A DNA stretch of 64,000 nucleotides from Candidatus Saccharimonadales bacterium (lineage in GTDB: Bacteria; Patescibacteriota; Saccharimonadia; Saccharimonadales; UBA4665). Positions within the stretch are counted from its first letter, which is position 1; each line of letters opens with the position of its first letter. The DNA lies in contig JBGTMJ010000018.1 of NCBI GenBank assembly GCA_041743655.1, positions 11,225 to 75,224 on the forward strand. The letters are read 5' to 3'. Of this stretch, positions 55,730 through 64,000 are shown in pieces. A program made the position numbers and the translations under genes. The notes under the pieces are model-generated. The model was not told the origin of the DNA, made no database searches, and saw only the letters and a list, made by a program, of their open reading frames with translations.

Positions 55730-56785
55730 ATGATAACCGATATACGATTGCAAAAATTCCGGTCGTATAGTGACGATTCTTTCGAAATTGACCCTGGGGT
55801 AAATATAATTGTAGGTCCAAACGCTAGCGGTAAGACTAACTTGCTGGAAGCGGTTCTGGTACTGGCTCGTGGAAGCTCATACAGGGCAAAGGATGTAGAG
55901 ATGGTGCAGTTCGGGTCGCCATGGGCGCGTCTGGACGCCCACACACCCTCACAAACACGCGTGGTGAAGATTAAGACCGATCCGACTATTACTAAAACCT
56001 TTGAAATAGATGAACAGACATTTTTCCGTTTGTCACAAATAAAAAATTTACCAACAGTTTTATTTGAACCAAACCATTTATCCCTTCTCAGTGGTCCACC
56101 AGAACTACGTCGTGGATTTATGGATGAGCTCATAGAACAAACAGAACCGGGCTATGCCAGTGTGTTCCGTCACTACCGGCGGGTTCTGGCGCAGCGCAAT
56201 GCTTTGCTCAAACTTAGCCCCAAAGATCTGAAAGAACAATTATTTGTCTGGAACATACGGCTCAGCGAGCTTGGCGGTAAGATTGCACGTGAGCGGAGCA
56301 CTATTATTGCTAAGCTTTCAGATCGTGCAAATGATTTATATAGCTCGCTTTCAGGGGATACTAAAAAAATTACAGTACTATACGACACACGTTTTAATAT
56401 AGGGAGCTACGAAACAGAGCTACTACACAAACTTGAATCAAATACACACCTGGATATGCTTCGCGGCTTTACTGCATATGGCCCACACAGAGATGATATT
56501 AAGATACTGATTGACGGACACGACGCTTCAGAAGTCGCTTCCCGCGGTGAACTGCGTACACTAGTGCTAATGCTCAAATTGACAGAGCTGCAACTCATCG
56601 AACAAGCACGTAATACAAAACCTCTACTACTACTAGACGACGTATTTAGTGAACTTGATACAAAACGCCGCCAAGCTTTAACCAGCTATGTTGCCGGCTA
56701 TCAGACATTTATAACTACTACCGATGCCGATGTGGTGGTGCATCATTTTACAAGCAGTAATATCATACCTCTCGCCGCCAAATAA
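55730..56785 (+). CDS. recF: DNA replication and repair protein RecF
   Basis: MITDIRLQKFRSYSD...NIIVGPNASGKTNLLEA Walker A, SMC-like signature ...ASRGELRTLVLMLKL..., Walker B LLLLDDVFSELD. Confidence 0.93.
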   Translation: MITDIRLQKFRSYSDDSFEIDPGVNIIVGPNASGKTNLLEAVLVLARGSSYRAKDVEMVQFGSPWARLDAHTPSQTRVVKIKTDPTITKTFEIDEQTFFRLSQIKNLPTVLFEPNHLSLLSGPPELRRGFMDELIEQTEPGYASVFRHYRRVLAQRNALLKLSPKDLKEQLFVWNIRLSELGGKIARERSTIIAKLSDRANDLYSSLSGDTKKITVLYDTRFNIGSYETELLHKLESNTHLDMLRGFTAYGPHRDDIKILIDGHDASEVASRGELRTLVLMLKLTELQLIEQARNTKPLLLLDDVFSELDTKRRQALTSYVAGYQTFITTTDADVVVHHFTSSNIIPLAAK

Positions 56786-56814
56786 TCTTCACAACGTACC
56801 TAAGATTGGGGAAG

Positions 56815-57489
56815 CTAGTTAGGGTTAGGTGAAAACGTTATAGTTTCCTTTATTGGATCGATGTCATTATCTTTAAGATATTTGAGTGCTTTATTTTTGT
56901 ACTCTTTAAGCTGTTGTTTATAGTCGGCATTATTGCTGGCTGGATCAGCTATTGGATAAAGAGTAACAATAAAACTTACCTTTTGAGCGGGAATTATAGA
57001 ATAATCCTTAGGGTCAATACCAGTAGAATAACTAATCTTGTAGTCCAATGTTTCATGGGGCAAACTGGTAAGTATCGGATAATCGCTTATAAGTTGCTGC
57101 CGCACTCTTGCTGCATTAATACCCCCTACTCTTTCTATTTCTTGTTGTATAGTAGGGTGATCTATTAACCATTGCCGTGCTTCAGGTGAATTTGCCTTCG
57201 GGAGTAAATAGATAGTTTGCTTTGGCGAATCAATCTTAGCAGTGTCTATGGTTACGCTATGTGCATCGAAGTATTGACGGGAGGCTTTCAGTACGTGTAT
57301 TCCAGGTGTTAAGGTTACCTTTCCATTCTTTATTGTTTTACCGCCAAGTGTAATTGTTGAGTCGTTAGGTATAGCGGTGACCGTTACTTGTAGTCTCTTG
57401 GGTTTGAGTAGTAGGAATAGTGCTCCTATGATAAAAGCTGTTATAAAAAGAATGATGATGAGTTTTCGTTGATTCTGTACCATTGCCAA
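56815..57489 (-). CDS. membrane-anchored protein with PEGA-like beta-sandwich domain
   Basis: N-terminal TM (LIIILFITAFIIGALFLLL), then VTVTAIPNDSTITLGGKTIKNGKVTLTPGIHVLKASRQYF (PEGA-like). Last gene of the T4SS-like operon. Confidence 0.5.
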   Translation of the reverse strand: MAMVQNQRKLIIILFITAFIIGALFLLLKPKRLQVTVTAIPNDSTITLGGKTIKNGKVTLTPGIHVLKASRQYFDAHSVTIDTAKIDSPKQTIYLLPKANSPEARQWLIDHPTIQQEIERVGGINAARVRQQLISDYPILTSLPHETLDYKISYSTGIDPKDYSIIPAQKVSFIVTLYPIADPASNNADYKQQLKEYKNKALKYLKDNDIDPIKETITFSPNPN

Positions 57490-57493
57490 ACCC

Positions 57494-58762
57494 CTACTTT
57501 ATTAGTCTGTACCATGCATAAGTTGTGAATTCGCTTGCTATATCTGCCATCGGCGCACGTGTATCAAGTGACGCTGACGCCGCGTTACCATTGAACCCAG
57601 GTATGCTGCCTACATAAATATATGTGTGTCCACCACCGGGGCCGCCATCGCGGATAGCAATGTCCCCAGGTTGTAGATTTTCAACGCCCGTTACCCCAGT
57701 CAATTTTTGGTATTTCTGAGGATTGTCTTCCATGTATTGCAGTTGATAAGTTGTGTTACCGTTCTTATTATTATATTCGGGATCAAGGCCACTATTTCTC
57801 ATTACTCGTGTTACGAAGCCTCCGCAATCTACGCCAGGATAGCTCAGTCCACCAATATATTCACCATTAGCCTGAGCAGTTTTAACAGCTGTCTCGTAAG
57901 CGGGCTTCATATCGAAGTTGCCTTCTTTATAATCCGGCCACGCGTAATTTGCGATTGTTTGCATCAGGTTACCCGATACAGCTCCCACACAATCACCGCT
58001 GCCTGAAGCTATTGTCTCACCGCTTGATCCACCGGTTACGGCTACCGGTGAGGCTATTGCAGGAGAATCATTCCATAAACGAGTTACATAGTCTTGCGCC
58101 TGCCCTTTCTTCTCGTTATATCGATCTGGGAAAGCGGAGCGTTGTACAGCCTGAGCAGCAGCACCAGGATCCATGGATTGCCAATTTGGCAGATTCTGCA
58201 ACCCTTTACTTAATGCTGGTGGTGCGTTAGAACCTGGTTTGCTGCCAAAAAACGCTTGTGCACTGTAAGCAGGATCCATGAGTTGCCATATAGCATCTTT
58301 ATTACCTAAGGCAGCATCGCCAGTGGCAATTGTGCTCCAGCCAGTTGAGGGCCGTTGCTGGAATACGCCCACGGAGTCGTGGTCTTTTCCAACGGCCTGT
58401 TTTTTGGGGTTATCGAGTGACAATGGAACGGTGGAGTTGGCATAGATAGTAAGGTGTGACTCGGTAATTCCTACCATCAGCCCAATAAGCGCACCTGCTT
58501 GCCCAAGGTTTTCTGTCTTGGCAATGCCTATAATCGTTTTAGCGATTTCATCTTGAGAAGCTGTTGTACTTATGTTGCTTCCTGTCCCTAGTGTTGTGCC
58601 GCACGCACCGAGCGGAAGTATGTCATAGAAGGTCGTCTCTTGCACCAGGCTATCCCTATCATGATCACTAATCGTAGCATACGTGACTGGAGTAGAACCT
58701 ATGAATACAAGCCCGAATATGACTATAGCAGTAGATTTTAGTATATGTGTAAATAATCTCAC
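57494..58762 (-). CDS. secreted two-domain cell-wall hydrolase (transglycosylase-like N-domain + NlpC/P60- or CHAP-like Cys peptidase C-domain)
   Basis: Signal/TM peptide. ...VGITESHLTIY...DHDSVGVFQQRPSTGWS...AAQAVQRSAFPDRY resembles muramidase-like modules of Gram-positive conjugation systems. C-terminal ...GVDCGGFVTRVM...GGHTYIYVG gives a Cys/His pair. Confidence 0.65.
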   Translation of the reverse strand: MRLFTHILKSTAIVIFGLVFIGSTPVTYATISDHDRDSLVQETTFYDILPLGACGTTLGTGSNISTTASQDEIAKTIIGIAKTENLGQAGALIGLMVGITESHLTIYANSTVPLSLDNPKKQAVGKDHDSVGVFQQRPSTGWSTIATGDAALGNKDAIWQLMDPAYSAQAFFGSKPGSNAPPALSKGLQNLPNWQSMDPGAAAQAVQRSAFPDRYNEKKGQAQDYVTRLWNDSPAIASPVAVTGGSSGETIASGSGDCVGAVSGNLMQTIANYAWPDYKEGNFDMKPAYETAVKTAQANGEYIGGLSYPGVDCGGFVTRVMRNSGLDPEYNNKNGNTTYQLQYMEDNPQKYQKLTGVTGVENLQPGDIAIRDGGPGGGHTYIYVGSIPGFNGNAASASLDTRAPMADIASEFTTYAWYRLIK

Positions 58763-58771
58763 CTTGTTCTC

Positions 58772-61492
58772 CTACCTAGTTCCATAACCGTATGCGTTTG
58801 CATCCAAAGTTTCACTGTTGTACGCTGCACCAAGGCCGCCACGGATTGATGAGTCGAGTAACGCACAGTTATACACCTGCTTTATTTTGTTCAGTGTTGC
58901 CTCGTCTGGTTCACCCCTATAGAGTCTGGCATAAAACGCATCACTGTTGCCGACAAGTTCCCAAGTTAGTTCTTCAGACGGAATAAGGTCAAAATCCTTA
59001 TCATCAGCATTAGTACTGGTTTGAGGTGTCATGTCAAGAGGATCCAGATCCATGCACTTGTCTGGGAAGTCGTATGTTTCAACTCCGCCAAACTGGGCAG
59101 CAGCGTACGAATCGTCATTAGCAGCCCTTGCTTTCATGAATATTGATCCGTTTAGTGTGTTACCAATCGTCGAAGTAACAGTAGAACGTAGCCCGTTATT
59201 GGTTACTGCGAATAGCCCTTGGGCCGTAACTGAATCATGGTTCCCTAACGACAGATATCTATCAAAGAGCCCAGTAGAATTGTACTGTTCATTTAAAAAC
59301 GCAGTCACATTTTGACGTGAGAGAGCTGCACTTGCAGCGGTTGTGGCAGCTGCTCCCTGGTTACGAGCGGCAAATTCTGCTGAAGCTGAGGCGCCCATAA
59401 GTGCATGGTTGAAAAGGACTCCCGCAGGGGCATTTTCCGACAGTGTCGGTCCGGCTCCCAAGATTGTGGAAAGACCAGTGACTACATATGCCATCATTTC
59501 CTGTAATGTTCCTCCGAGCCCACTTGCAGTGAGTGCAGCGGTAATTCCTGGTATCACTGGCCCAAGCAAACTGCTTATAAAGGCACCTATTGCATTGTTA
59601 ACCCATCCTACAACTTTTTCTGCGCCGCTAGCTCTATAGACGATGAACAATGGTTCTAAGCCCATGCCAAACGAGCTTTTATACATATTTTGGATATTTT
59701 GAGCAGTATTTCCTCCGTTACCCCCGTTGAGTTTCTCGAAATCACACATCCAATGATCCTGCTCTCTAGCAGCTTTTGCATTTTCCGGCCGCAGCATTTT
59801 TGCTTGGAATTCAGGACCACAGTACGTAGCCTTATCTTTTGTAGGTTCCAGGCTTGCCGCTGAAGCAACTGTTGAAGTACTTTTGTTCCTGATAACGTCC
59901 CAACCCTCACCAGAACCACCCCCCCTAATAACTCCCATGGCGTCGTTCACTTCAGTGGCAGTTACCTCACCTGTTCGTATCTGGTCGCGCATAATACCAA
60001 AAGTGGTGTACAAGCCGATGGCTTGTGTTGCTTTCGCCATATACACCATCCCCGTCAAAGCGCCACTTCTGATAGCTTTATCAATAGTGTTGAGTGTATC
60101 AACTATGTCCACAAGCGCAAGGGGACCAGCCAGTTTTGCTGCCAGGTTTTTGGTAAAAACAGCAGAGTCGAGCACCGCTTGGTCGCTGATGACTTCCGTC
60201 AAAACCCGTCCGGTTGCACCCTCATTTTTTATAAGCTCGCCTTGATTAGTTGCTTTCTTCCCATCAAGATCACTTGCCTTACACTCTGGAGGCTTGGTGG
60301 CTCCGGCGCACTTCTCTGACACTACGAGGCGTGTAGCTTTATTCGCTGGGTCACTGGGATCGGTCGAACCTTTGCAGTCTGTAATGCCAAAAATGCACTG
60401 GACGAACTTACCTGCTTTGGTGCTTTCCGGCAGCGCTTTGACGATAATTTTATTGCGTATGGATTTACCTTTTTCATCCACCTTGTCCCGTGTTGTCTCA
60501 AAAAAACGCCAGTCGCGAACACCAGTCATGTTCTGGATAGATTTACGCAGATAATATCGCTTTACAACCTGGTAGAACTTAGTATTTCTATTAACAGCCT
60601 CTTTAATGGCTTTCCGAGCTTCCTTATCGTTCTTTAAAACCTTTACCTCAACAAAGTCACGAAGACGGTTATTAAAACCGTTGGGATCTACTTTGTTCCA
60701 CGCATTTATCTCACCTTCAGTTGGAGCGTCAAGCTTAAACTCCTTATCGTTAATGGTTATAATTGCTGGCCGATACTTAACTACATTTCCTTCCTTATAA
60801 GCAAAACTTGCAAACTTAATACCCTCTTTTTCGAATAAATCCTTTTCAAACTTGGAGACCCGCATAAGCTTATACCAGACGTACAAAGGGTCAGTCTTAC
60901 TGATACCCTTAGCTTTGAAGATAATATTATCGCGGTCAGCTGGATTTAGGTTGGAGGCTACCTCTACTTCAGCTAATCGAAGCCTCATATAGGTAGATAT
61001 CCACTTAGTTGATCGGCCATCCATCGATACCTGGTAACGTATAAACGCCTTACCATCAATATTACTCAGCATGTGGTCTAGCTGAAATACATTAATAAAA
61101 CTGAAGATCCCAACAACACTTCCGCCAATACCTACTCCAAACACCCCGGCAACTAAGGCAATAATCTTACGCTTGCGGTTAAACTTGGAAAGAAAGCCAC
61201 GTTTTTTGCCTTTTCTTCCTTTTTTGGCCCATTTCCCCGTGTAACCTTTACCTAGTTGGTCACCAGGGGTTTTATTCTCAGTTGTGCCGTTACTCTGACC
61301 ATCCTGCACATTTTGTTTATCTTTCGTTGGACCATCAGAACCTGATTGCCCCCCATCTTCTGGGCTAGCTTCCCGTTCCCTTAAATCTTCCTTCAGCTCT
61401 TTGGGGATTAGAGTACCACTGTCACTATTCCAGTAGTTACCATCACCTTTATTTCTGTCTTCTTTATCTTCGTCATAGGGTTCGTTTGCCAT
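58772..61492 (-). CDS. 906-aa polytopic membrane protein of T4SS-like operon (VirB6/TrbL-like role possible)
   Basis: Disordered acidic/basic N-terminus, a TM at ~aa 110-135 (IIALVAGVFGVGIGGSVVGIFSFINVF), a large middle domain and a C-terminal TM cluster (…AFISSLLGPVIPGITAALTASGLGG…). No family recognised by eye. Confidence 0.6.
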   Translation of the reverse strand: MANEPYDEDKEDRNKGDGNYWNSDSGTLIPKELKEDLREREASPEDGGQSGSDGPTKDKQNVQDGQSNGTTENKTPGDQLGKGYTGKWAKKGRKGKKRGFLSKFNRKRKIIALVAGVFGVGIGGSVVGIFSFINVFQLDHMLSNIDGKAFIRYQVSMDGRSTKWISTYMRLRLAEVEVASNLNPADRDNIIFKAKGISKTDPLYVWYKLMRVSKFEKDLFEKEGIKFASFAYKEGNVVKYRPAIITINDKEFKLDAPTEGEINAWNKVDPNGFNNRLRDFVEVKVLKNDKEARKAIKEAVNRNTKFYQVVKRYYLRKSIQNMTGVRDWRFFETTRDKVDEKGKSIRNKIIVKALPESTKAGKFVQCIFGITDCKGSTDPSDPANKATRLVVSEKCAGATKPPECKASDLDGKKATNQGELIKNEGATGRVLTEVISDQAVLDSAVFTKNLAAKLAGPLALVDIVDTLNTIDKAIRSGALTGMVYMAKATQAIGLYTTFGIMRDQIRTGEVTATEVNDAMGVIRGGGSGEGWDVIRNKSTSTVASAASLEPTKDKATYCGPEFQAKMLRPENAKAAREQDHWMCDFEKLNGGNGGNTAQNIQNMYKSSFGMGLEPLFIVYRASGAEKVVGWVNNAIGAFISSLLGPVIPGITAALTASGLGGTLQEMMAYVVTGLSTILGAGPTLSENAPAGVLFNHALMGASASAEFAARNQGAAATTAASAALSRQNVTAFLNEQYNSTGLFDRYLSLGNHDSVTAQGLFAVTNNGLRSTVTSTIGNTLNGSIFMKARAANDDSYAAAQFGGVETYDFPDKCMDLDPLDMTPQTSTNADDKDFDLIPSEELTWELVGNSDAFYARLYRGEPDEATLNKIKQVYNCALLDSSIRGGLGAAYNSETLDANAYGYGTR

Positions 61493-61507
61493 ACTCTGTT
61501 ACTCTAG

Positions 61508-63430
61508 CTATACAGTGGGGTAAGCTTGGCCGCTAAGATCAATCGTGCCTTGGGGCTGATTCATGTCCTGAACTGGCCCATTATTTACTGGTCGTGCCTG
61601 GCCAGGGCTAGTACTGATAAGCCCGGCTTCAGTTGGGCTGGCTACTATCTGGATGTGGACATGGTTTTGGCCAGCAAAGAATAGCCCTTGCCCTACCGGG
61701 AACTGGCTTAAGCGCTTTTTCTCTTCAGAAGTAAGTTTAAACACGTCAGATAGTACATCCACAGCCGTTGGCGACTGTTTAAGGAGTAACTGCATTGAGG
61801 CGTTCGCTACGACTGCCCGGCCCATACGTGAACCCATAAAGTCTTCGACATCCTGGGTAATAGTGGTAATGCCCAGATTATATTTACGGGCGCGTTTTGA
61901 CAGGCTAAACAAAAAGTTTGCCGAATCTTCATATTTCATCAGCTGCCAAGCCTCATCGACTATCAGGAGCCGGCGTTTCTGATCAGTTTTGGTTCTATCC
62001 CATATGAAGCTAAGTACTATATACATTGCTACAGGGCGGAGTTCATCTTCCAGATCACGGATATTGAAGACTACTAACGGATTGTTGATGTTGATGTTTG
62101 ATGGTTGGCTGAATATGCCGGCAAAGGTCCCGGTAGTATATTTACGCAGCCGTTGGGCAAGTTGTGGACCGCTGCCGCCCATGTGTAGAAGCGTGTCGTA
62201 CAGGTTGCTAATAGTTGGGGGTGGAGAGGTGTGCGTAAGCGGGTCATTGGTAATACCTGCTTTGGCGTAGGTTTCAATTAAAGCTGCATCCAGGTCTGAT
62301 TCTTCGACTGGCGTTAGGGCTGGAGCCATTACCTGGTTGCCGCCAACCATCTGGGCTTGGGCGCCGCCCATCATCAGACGGAACAGACCATGCAGAGTAA
62401 TAAGGTTACTTCTCAGTGCGTTATCGGCTTCTTCCGTATCAACAACGCGGGGCAAATCGAATGGATTTATACGCGTAGCCGAATTAAGGCTCAGCCGCAC
62501 ATAAGTGCCGCCAACTGCATCACACATACGTTCATATTCATTCTCTGGGTCAATAATAAATATCTCAGTACCCAGCATGAGCGACCGGATTGCTTCCAGC
62601 TTAACAGCAAACGACTTACCCGCTCCAGACTTCGCAAATACAACTGAGTTACTGTTTTCCAGCGTAAAGCGGTCAAAGATGACCAGCCCGGAGTTGTGCA
62701 TGTTAATGCCATACAGAATACCATTTTCTTGGCTTAAATCGGCCGAAGTAAATGGAAAGCTGGTGCTGATTGCCCCGGTGCTCATGTTACGGCGGATTTG
62801 TAGCTGGTCGGTGAATTGGGGGACTGTACTGTTAAGCCCTTGCTCTTGCTGTGAGGTTGCAGCTTTGGAATAAACAAGCTGTTGCCCGAGTAATGATTCA
62901 ACCTTGTGCGAGACGAACTCCAGCTCTTCCAAGCTGCCACCGTATATGGTGAAGTAGAACCCAAAACGGAAAAAACGCTCCTCGCCCACCTGTAACTTAT
63001 CACGCATTTCCTCAGCGTCCAAGATAGCAGCTTGTTTAGCCGGGTCGCGTATACGCCCTTTTTCATTGTCAATTTGTATGCCGGCTTCCAATTGGGTTAC
63101 TTTTTTGCGTAAATTCTCCAGTACTACCTGGCTCTCGACAGGATAGATCATCACCGATATGTCTATAATCTCATCAAGGTTAATCAGGTTACCCATCCAG
63201 CCTGTATATAATTGGCGTGGGTAGCCATACACAAAGTAGGTGCGTGCAAACCTGGTTCCCAGGCGGAAGTAGGTACTTTGGAACTCAATCGAACTGGGTG
63301 CGATAAAATCACGCAGTGCGGTAATGCCTTTACGGAAGGCACTTTCCACCTCTTGTTTTTCCCGTTCCTGTTGTGCCTGGGCCAGTGCGACAGGGTCTAA
63401 CTTTTGTTGTCTCTTACCAAGTAAACCCAT
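61508..63430 (-). CDS. virB4: VirB4-family type IV secretion ATPase (Gram-positive PrgJ/TrsE-like)
   Basis: Walker A VFAKSGAGKSFAVK, Walker B RRLLIVDEAWQLM, the N-terminal ...DFIAPSSIEFQSTYFRLGTRFARTYFVYGYPRQLYTGWM... pattern typical of VirB4 N-domains, and ...GITTITQDVEDF.... Confidence 0.85.
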   Translation of the reverse strand: MGLLGKRQQKLDPVALAQAQQEREKQEVESAFRKGITALRDFIAPSSIEFQSTYFRLGTRFARTYFVYGYPRQLYTGWMGNLINLDEIIDISVMIYPVESQVVLENLRKKVTQLEAGIQIDNEKGRIRDPAKQAAILDAEEMRDKLQVGEERFFRFGFYFTIYGGSLEELEFVSHKVESLLGQQLVYSKAATSQQEQGLNSTVPQFTDQLQIRRNMSTGAISTSFPFTSADLSQENGILYGINMHNSGLVIFDRFTLENSNSVVFAKSGAGKSFAVKLEAIRSLMLGTEIFIIDPENEYERMCDAVGGTYVRLSLNSATRINPFDLPRVVDTEEADNALRSNLITLHGLFRLMMGGAQAQMVGGNQVMAPALTPVEESDLDAALIETYAKAGITNDPLTHTSPPPTISNLYDTLLHMGGSGPQLAQRLRKYTTGTFAGIFSQPSNININNPLVVFNIRDLEDELRPVAMYIVLSFIWDRTKTDQKRRLLIVDEAWQLMKYEDSANFLFSLSKRARKYNLGITTITQDVEDFMGSRMGRAVVANASMQLLLKQSPTAVDVLSDVFKLTSEEKKRLSQFPVGQGLFFAGQNHVHIQIVASPTEAGLISTSPGQARPVNNGPVQDMNQPQGTIDLSGQAYPTV

Positions 63431-64000
63431 TACGCTAGCTCCCTGTCTAATTGTGGCTGGCGGGCAAATCCTTTACCTTTGGTAATCACGTCAGCATTCA
63501 ATTGACCAAAGTTTTTTAGCTGCTGGCGGGTGGCAGTATCAGGGTTATAGGTATCATAGTACAGCTCAATTAATTCCTGGGTATCAAGCGGCAACCCCTG
63601 TATACTCGCTTGCATCAAGCCGCTTAAGACTGTCTGCACCCGTGTGCGTAGCTCTGTCTTGGCTTTTTCCAAATCTTCCTCGTTAATGACGACGTGTTGT
63701 TCTCTTTTGCTGAATAGGTCGGATAAGCCTGTAATAAAGTTCTTGCTCTGGGTAAGTGCTTTCTGGACATCAACGTGAGGGAAATACGGCACAACAACAT
63801 AAAAATTCTTATCCATAATATTGGTTTGCTGGGCAAGCGAGGTAATGTAGCTTATGTAGTCGTCCATCAGCAGCGCAAGCAGCATATTGTCATGTTCGGA
63901 GCGGATTTTGTCAAGCCGTTCCAAATACGGAGTGAGGTCTACTTTTTGGGAACGAATAAGTATCTGAACCGGAAAATACAAAGAGTTCAAAAAGCTCTGG
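63430..64000 (-). CDS. T4SS-operon protein, 5' end outside window (partial)
   Basis: The frame stays open to the window edge. The stop overlaps the virB4 start by 1 nt. ...DNMLLALLMDDYISYITSLAQQTNIMDKNFYVVVPYF...; function unknown. Confidence 0.5.
   Translation of the reverse strand, partial: QSFLNSLYFPVQILIRSQKVDLTPYLERLDKIRSEHDNMLLALLMDDYISYITSLAQQTNIMDKNFYVVVPYFPHVDVQKALTQSKNFITGLSDLFSKREQHVVINEEDLEKAKTELRTRVQTVLSGLMQASIQGLPLDTQELIELYYDTYNPDTATRQQLKNFGQLNADVITKGKGFARQPQLDRELA

Noticed and set aside
63430-64000. Reading the partial ORF plus the 640-aa ORF as a split VirB4.
   Set aside because: The 640-aa protein already has its own VirB4-type N-terminal domain pattern and is within the size range of Gram-positive VirB4 homologues. 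The upstream ORF is therefore treated as a separate protein of unknown function.

Overview
Gene-dense bacterial chromosome segment, roughly 90% coding, mid-40s %GC by eye. It uses the standard genetic code: TGA stops fall at the expected protein ends. I saw no rRNA, tRNA, CRISPR array, transposase or integrase. The window spans the replication origin: rpmH-rnpA-yidC-jag on the minus strand, diverging from dnaA-dnaN-[relE/dinJ-type toxin-antitoxin]-recF on the plus strand. DnaA-box clusters lie on both sides of dnaA. Right of recF is a tightly packed minus-strand operon that looks like a Gram-positive-type type IV secretion (T4SS) module: a VirB4-family ATPase, a 906-aa polytopic protein, a two-domain cell-wall hydrolase and a PEGA-like anchor protein. 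About 38 kb (12.4-49.9 kb) encodes envelope glycan synthesis in three different assembly styles. (i) A WbaP-type initiating transferase with an O-antigen-ligase/Wzy-like protein and a GT4 (glycosyltransferase family 4) enzyme, plus precursor genes (glmS, a ManC-like nucleotidyltransferase, a phosphohexomutase, rfbBCDA). (ii) Gtr/Arn-like lipid-phosphate-monosaccharide modules: two GtrA-like proteins, three GT2 (family 2) enzymes, ugd plus a UXS-type decarboxylase, and two large GT-C-like membrane proteins (the polytopic glycosyltransferase fold). (iii) An ABC-transporter-dependent, probably rhamnose-containing polymer module: permease, ATPase with a C-terminal extension, a WsaF-like GT, a GT2-GT4 fusion and a GT4. 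The most unusual gene set is the minus-strand operon at 24.6-31.2 kb. It combines an FAD oxidoreductase, a GtrB-like GT2 with a degenerate DxD motif, a second GT2, a frameshifted ORF, a Rossmann-fold protein and two xylose-isomerase-like TIM barrels. I do not recognise this combination as a described pathway. The left 10 kb encodes a MurC/Mpl-like ligase, an archaeal-type AspRS, a CNNM/CBS transporter, DsbA, a LexA-like regulator without a protease domain, and several membrane-anchored proteins of unknown function. The gene content and compact layout resemble a reduced Gram-positive-like genome such as a Saccharibacteria/Patescibacteria lineage. That assignment is inference only. All functional calls rest on motifs read by eye from the translations; no searches were run.
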